From Neocallimastix sp. 'constans' (Eukaryota): 64,000 nt of DNA. The notes beneath the pieces were generated by a model. That model saw only the letters and a list, made by a program, of their open reading frames with translations. It ran no database searches and had not been told where the DNA came from. Positions 56,339 to 64,000 of this stretch are shown here, piece after piece (the stretch's first letter is position 1; each line of letters begins with the position of its first letter). The stretch spans positions 1-64,000 of the forward strand of contig JBODTK010000158.1 of assembly GCA_050613775.1 (NCBI GenBank). The letters run 5' to 3'. The position numbers and the translations under genes were made by a program.

Positions 56339-56566
56339 TTAAAGATGATAAACATCTTCAAAAGTTTGGGATATTCTCTTTTTTAAGTCATGTTCATGAT
56401 AATATTTCTTGATATTAAGATGAACCTTTTGAATATGATTAACAGAAGAAACTTGTTGACAATTATTTTGGGCAACCTCAGATTTTTTATGATTCTTAAT
56501 GTTGTTTATATATTCATTCATAAGAGAAAGATCATCACAGTAGTTTAAATGTTCAATGAGAGTCAT
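56339..56566 (-). CDS. Small protein of unknown function, paralogue B (75 aa)
   Basis: MTLIEHLNYCDDLSLMNEYI ... HDLKKRISQTFEDVYHL*; homologous to A and C. Confidence 0.8.
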   Translation of the reverse strand: MTLIEHLNYCDDLSLMNEYINNIKNHKKSEVAQNNCQQVSSVNHIQKVHLNIKKYYHEHDLKKRISQTFEDVYHL

Positions 56567-57710
56567 TTTTGATTTTATTTATTTATGTTGGAAATTTTTT
56601 TCTCCTTTTGTAAATTGCTTTTCTTATATTTAATAGTTGTAAGTTTTTTTTTTTTTTTTATTTTTATTTTTTTATTTTTTATTTTTTATTTTTTATTTTA
56701 GTTTTTTATTTTTTATTTTTAATTTTTAGTTTTTGATTTTTAGTTTTTGATTATATGCTGTTTTTCTATTAGCTAATTAAATATTCTTTTGTTATTTAGT
56801 TTAAATTAATAATAAATATTTGATAGAAAAAATGAAGGTATTTATATTAATTTTATATATATATATAAATTTTTTTTTCAATTAGTAATTCATATGATAA
56901 TTTATTTTTTTAAAATGAACATTTAAAAATCATTTCATAAATAAAATTAGAAAGGAATTATTAATATTATTATTATTATTATTAAATTTATATAAAATTT
57001 TTAATTTCATCATAATAATTATTATACCTAAATATATATTAAAATAATATTTTATATTAAATACATTAGTCAGACCTTTTATCATTTGATTACTATATAC
57101 TTTACTATGTTAACTAACATTTGAAAACTAAAAAATTAATTATTATTATTAATCATTATTATAAAAGTATTTTCAATTAAAATTTAAATAGCTAATATTT
57201 AATATAGCAATAAAGCTAATGTAATTGCTATTATTGGGATATTTAAAATAAATAATTGTTCTATCATAAAATTCTTCAAGCTTCTACTTATAAATATATA
57301 TTTTTTACTTCAAATTATTCATATTTTTCACCAAATTTTATATTTAATAATTATTATTATCTGTTAGAGAAAATATCAGATAAAATTAAATTTAAAAATA
57401 TACATCAATAACAGTAATAAGTAATTATAATTAAGTATATAAATATTAAATGTAAAAATTGATATAAAGAATTTAAATAAATCATATATCATTCAGTATT
57501 TTAAAGAAATATAAATTAATATAATTAATTAATCCCTTTTGTAATTTTAAGGTAATTATTAATTTATATATTAATTTCAGATGACTAATTATTTATTATT
57601 TGTGATTAATAGTTTTAAAAAAAATATATTATTTTTATTTATATGAATAGGCAAATCTTAAAAGTCATTTTTATTATTTATCGTATATTAAATAATTATG
57701 TATATTTTTC

Positions 57711-57756
<46 letters not shown>

Positions 57757-58515
57757 AATAAATAAATATATAAATAAATTAAATACATAATATTTATAAT
57801 ATTTTTACATTTAAAATTATATATATAAATATTATATATAAATATATTTACATATATAATGATATAATGATTTTTAAATATACAAATTATAATTCTTTTT
57901 TTTTTTTTAAAAAAAAAAAAAGCCATATAAATATTAATTTTCAAAGAAATATTTTTGTTAAAAAATTATATTAATGTTATAATTATTATTAAATAATTAA
58001 AAAATTATATCACATTTTTCAATAAATTTAAAAATAAATATTAAACTATATTTAATTATATTATTATTTTTAATTAAATTGAAAAAATTATATAATATTA
58101 TTTAATTATAATATTACTACTATTAAAGTAATTTGTTATAGGACTCTATATATATATATATATTTAATTAATTGTATTATTAAGTTATGAAAATACTAAT
58201 TTTTATAATCCAAAGTGAAAATTTGAAGATTAATCTTTAAATAGTTATTAAAAAATAATATTGATATTAAATATAAACATTATTTCTAATAAATATTCAT
58301 TATTATTTAAAAACCTATATAATTAATAGTTAAAAACTAATATTAATCTGTATTTCATACCTACAAATTTCTCTTTCCTCAATATTTTTTCTGTATTTAT
58401 AGGTATTTTTTATGAAATATATATTTAATATATAAAATATCTAATTATCTCTTATTTTAAATATAAATTTAATTTCTGTTATTTACAGAAAATACAATCC
58501 ATTAGTTTAATTTTC

Positions 58516-58853
<338 letters not shown>

Positions 58854-59125
58854 ATAGAATTCAATGAAATAATGAATAAATACATTAAAAATATATAATA
58901 TTAATAATAAATCACAGTACTAATTAATAATTAAAATTTAAATATTATTTAAATTATATAGCACATTTTATGTATAAATATATTGAAATAAAAATGAATT
59001 ACAATACATTATATACCATATAGACATTAAAAAAAATACATATGTTATCTTTATAACTATGAAAAAAATAATAATAAAAATAAAATAAAAATTATATTAT
59101 TATTATTTTTATTATTATTATTTTT

Positions 59126-59156
<31 letters not shown>

Positions 59157-59295
59157 TTTTTATTATTATTTTTATTATTATTATTGTTTTTGTTGTTATT
59201 ATTATTATTATCTTTAAATTTATATATATATATATATATTTATTTTTATTTTTATTTTAAACAAATAGACAAATTAATAATATTTTGAAAAAAAA

Positions 59296-59327
<32 letters not shown>

Positions 59328-59878
59328 ATAGTAAAATAATAGCTTAGAATTATGATCCAATCATCTAAAAAAAAAAAAAACAATTAAATATTTTATAAAT
59401 TTAAAAATATTAACAAAATCATATATTTTACACATACACATTATATATATTTATATATCTTCGTTTTTTTTTTTTCTTTTTTTTTTATTTATTTATATCG
59501 TTATCTTAATTTATTATTTTTTTTTTTAATTTTAATTTTATTTATATCGTTATCTTAATTTTTTTTTTATTATTCTATTCTATTATTTTAATTATTTTAT
59601 TTTTTTTATTTTATTTTTATAATGCTTTATTTTTATTAATAATATTTTAATTTAATTTTTTATTTTATTCTATTCTATTTTATTTAATTATTATTTTTTT
59701 TTTATTTTTTATTTTTTTATAATTTTTTTTTATTTTTAATAATGCTATATTTTTATAAATAATATGTTATTTTTACTTAAATTAAGTTTTTTTTTTTATT
59801 TTTTATTTTTTTATAATTTTTTTTTATTTTTAATAATTCTATATTTTTATAAATAATATGTTATTTTTACTTAAATTA

Positions 59879-59921
<43 letters not shown>

Positions 59922-60019
59922 ATAGTATTATATAATTGATTTTTTAAAAATTTTATTAATGCTTTATATATATATTATTTTTTCTTTATTTATCTATATA
60001 ATTTAAAGTTTTTATTTAA

Positions 60020-60259
60020 TTATAAAAGATAAACATCTTCAAAGGTTTTGGATATACGTTTTTCTAAATCATGTTCATAGTAATATTTTTTTATATTACG
60101 ATGTAATTTTTGAACATGATTTCCTATGGAAAGTTTATTCTTTTTATTATCTTCAGCATTTTTAGCACTCCAGGCATTCTTAGCATTCTTAGTATGATTA
60201 ATGTATTTATTCATAAGATAAAGATCATCACTGTAATTCAAATGTTCACTGAGAGCCAT
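60020..60259 (-). CDS. Small protein of unknown function, paralogue C (79 aa)
   Basis: MALSEHLNYSDDLYLMNKYI ... HDLEKRISKTFEDVYLL*; homologous to A and B. Confidence 0.8.
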   Translation of the reverse strand: MALSEHLNYSDDLYLMNKYINHTKNAKNAWSAKNAEDNKKNKLSIGNHVQKLHRNIKKYYYEHDLEKRISKTFEDVYLL

Positions 60260-60407
60260 CTTGTTTCAATAATTTTTTATTTAAATTTTATATTTTCAGT
60301 TGTTTTTTTTTTATTTTTTTGATTTTAAATATATTCTTTTGATTTTTAAAGAATATTTTTCTTTTGCTTATTTAAGTATTAATTTAATTATTATATTTAA
60401 TTTAATA

Positions 60408-60452
60408 AAAATAAATATTTTCAGAGAGAAAAATCAAGGTATTTATATAAAA
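60408..60452 (-). promoter_or_regulatory. Putative TATA/core-promoter block of small-protein paralogue C; homologous blocks at about 53048-53092 and 56808-56850
   Basis: The minus strand reads TATATAAATACCTTGATTTTT. The plus-strand block aataaatattt..aaaaat(c/g)aa(g/a)g..tttata recurs upstream of all three paralogues. Confidence 0.55.
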
Positions 60453-60815
60453 ATAATTACAATAGAAATAGTTTTTAAAATAAATAGACATATAACAGAA
60501 TAACTTTTTTAAAAAAAAATTATGCCATTAAAAACCATTTTATAAAGAATTTTTTATTTTAATATTATAGAGAATTATTCTTATTAAAATTTTATTTAAT
60601 TATATAATTCATAAATTAATATTAAAATAATAATTTACTCATAATTATTGTAATTATTGTAATTATTGTCAATAAATTATTAATATTACGATCTTATTTT
60701 TACTTTAGCATATTTATATTATTTAATTAATTATTGTAGGCAGTAATATTTAAAGATATAATTTTTTTTCAAATGTATTATTATTTTAGTACTTTAATAC
60801 ATTATACAATATTCT

Positions 60816-60859
<44 letters not shown>

Positions 60860-61822
60860 AATTATTTTTTCATTAAATTAATTTTTAATTTATTTTATAA
60901 AAAAAAAATTATTTATTTAAAATAATATCCGAGAATAATAATTATAATTATAATTTAAATAATGTAATCAATATATTTTTATTTTTATTAAAATGGGCAA
61001 ATTACAATTTATTAATATATATTGAAAATAATAATAATATTTATTACTAAAAAATTAAAAAATTAAATATTCTACATTTTTCAAAAAAATTATAAATGTA
61101 ATTATTTATTTTTATTATTGTAATTTTATTATAAATTTTTTATTATTCATTATTCTATATATATATCATATTTAAGTAAAAATAGAAATTTCAAAGGCTT
61201 GTAATAAAACTTTTTTAAAATTATGATTGATCATGACATTACTCCTGGTAATTATTAAGCAATTAATAAATAATATTATTGTGAAGTTTGTTGATTAATA
61301 TAGTATTTGTTTATTAAAGTCTATTTTTTCTATTATTATTATCATTATTATTATTATTATTATTATTATCTCTTTGTACAATAAATATCAAAAAATTGTC
61401 GATTTTAATTTTTTTTTTTTTTTTGGTATATTAGAATCTATTAAATTTCATTTAAAATGTATTTTCTAGATACTTTCAATATAAATTCCTTATTAATACA
61501 TTACTTTATAATAATTAATTTTATTATTTGCAATACATATAATAATATTAATTTTTTTTAATATAAAAATTTTTTTAAATAATAAATTTTTTATTAATTT
61601 TTTTTCTGATTACTTCTGTACTTTAATTTTTTTTTTTTTTTTTTTTTTTGTATGTGTTATTCTTATATATTTAATATATATTATAAATTTAATTTTTATC
61701 ATAAATATATGATGTACCATATATGAATTTTCATTAACGATAATAATATAATAATAATAATAATTTTAAATTATATTAATTATATATGATGTACAATATA
61801 TGAATTTGCATGAACAATGATA

Positions 61823-61859
<37 letters not shown>

Positions 61860-62249
61860 TTTAAATTATATTAGTTCAAAGGCAGTTATTTTTTTCTTCT
61901 TATTTTTCAAATTTACAGATTGTTTTTTTTTAAACCAATATAATATGAAAGCGAAATATCTAAACTTTTATTTGTATATTTATCAAAATTATAACTTTTT
62001 TTATTTAATACATTTATATATATATTTTTTAATACATATATAATTTAATATTAAAATTAAATAATACTATTCTTAAAGAATAGGGATTAAAATTAATATT
62101 TAAAATGTTATAGAATAATTTACTGGATATAAAAATTATTACTTTTAAAAAACATAAGCCATAAAATAATTAAATAAAAAAAAAAATAGAAACCATAAAA
62201 TAATTAAATAAAAAAAAATAGAAACCATAAATTATTAATTAAAAAAAAA

Positions 62250-62858
62250 TAATAATTTATACATTATTATTTTTATTTTTTTTTTTTTTAGCACTTTTTT
62301 AATTTAATATTTTTTTTTATTCATATATATGAATATATTTCATTATTTATTCATTTTAATAGATTTAACATATGATATAAATTAATAAAACCATAAATTA
62401 TTAATTATTAATTAAAAAAAAAAAAAAAACTAATTTATTATACAGTATTATTTTTATTTAATGCTTTTTTTTTTAATCATATATATGAATATATTTTATT
62501 ATTTATTTATTCATTTTAATATATTTAACGTATGATATAAATTTGAAATTATATTATTAAAAAAAAAAAAACTAATTTATTATACAGTATTATTTTTATT
62601 TAATGCTTTTTTTTTTTTTAATCATATATATGAATATATTTTATTATTTATTTATTCATTTTAATATATTTAACGTATGATATAAATTTGAAATTATATT
62701 ATTAAAAAAAAAAAAACTAATTTATTATACAGTATTATTTTTATTTAATGCTTTTTTTTTTTTTTTAATCATATATATGAATATATTTTATTATTTATTT
62801 ATTCATTTTAATATATTTAACGTATGATATAAATTTGAAATTATATTATTAAAAAAAC
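62250..62858 (+). repeat. ~143-bp tandem repeat; three near-identical copies plus one degenerate copy
   Basis: actaatttattatacagtatt... at 62429, 62571 and 62716, differing mostly in homopolymer length; a diverged unit lies at about 62250-62428. Confidence 0.9.
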
Positions 62859-63175
62859 TATAAAAGTGTAATATTTATGTATGAAAGATAATGTACAATA
62901 ATTGAATTATATTTAATAATACTTAATATTTATAATAAAATTATAAATGAAATTTTAAAAATTTTGTTAAATAAAAATATCTTAATGCGATTTATGAAGT
63001 TTTTTTTTTTTTTTTTTTAGATAAAATACCAAAAAACAAAATATTTAAAATTATATAATTTTATTATTTTATTATTTTATATTATTTTATAATTAGTTTT
63101 AATAAAATTATCATTTATTTAAACATGTTAATACTTTTATGATTTATTTCTTTTATAATTTATTTATAAAGTTTG

Positions 63176-63207
<32 letters not shown>

Positions 63208-63575
63208 CAAATTTTTCAAAATAATATTGAACAAATAAATAATATAATAAATTAAAAAATTATGATACAAAAAAAAAAAAAAAAAAAATTCCAATCTTAT
63301 TTATAATTAATTAATTATATTATTTAATTTATGTTTAAATTTTTTTTCTAATAAAATGGGCAAATCATATGAAATAACTATATTTATATGATACTTTTTT
63401 ATTATAAATTTTTTTTTTCTGGATAATATTAAAATATTATAAATTAGTAATACATTATAAATACTTTTTATTTTAAAATATATAGTATTTAATTTTTTTT
63501 TTTTTTGGATAATATTAAAATATTTTAAATTAGTAATACAATGTAATTATTTTAAGTTTTATTATCCAATAAATG

Positions 63576-63619
<44 letters not shown>

Positions 63620-64000
63620 ATTATTTATTTAATTACAAATAAAATTTTCTATTCAAAATAAATTACAATAAATAAATAAATAAATAAAGTACCAAAAACT
63701 TTAAATAACATCCTTATAAAAATCATATATATAAATATTACAATTTGTATTATAGTATTATTAAAAAATTAATCATAATATAAATTAAATATTAAATCAT
63801 ACAAAACTTTATAATTCTATGAAAAATTTTTTATTTATTTTATTATTTTTATTTATTATAATTTTTATTTTAAATTTTTATATATAAAAATGTAATTGTT
63901 TTTAAGTATTTATTTACAAACATAAATATTTTCAAGTAACTATATATAATTTTATTATTTTATTAATTATATATATATATATTTAACAAATATTCTACAT

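Overview
Extremely AT-rich eukaryotic DNA with GT-AG introns, long homopolymers and microsatellites. The composition, a flagellar-type gene and bacterial-type pyruvate formate-lyases fit an anaerobic gut fungus (Neocallimastigomycota); this is an inference. The left half (0.4-32.5 kb) holds six intron-rich genes: an STPG2-like PG-repeat protein, MIOS/SEA4 (GATOR2), SPT16 (FACT), RFC5, SGD1/NOM1 and a compact Mss4-like PIP5-kinase. The right half is gene-sparse and intronless. It has a GNAT acetyltransferase, two near-identical PFL genes in a ~3-kb-arm inverted duplication with patchy divergence, and three tandem paralogues of an unrecognised 66-79 aa protein with shared upstream motifs. Also present are a short poly(A)/TSD retro-insertion, a dispersed 32-33 bp minisatellite core nested in (TAAAA)n, and an unexplained 235-bp GC-elevated island. 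Exon joins and alignments were read by eye, so gene boundaries are approximate.
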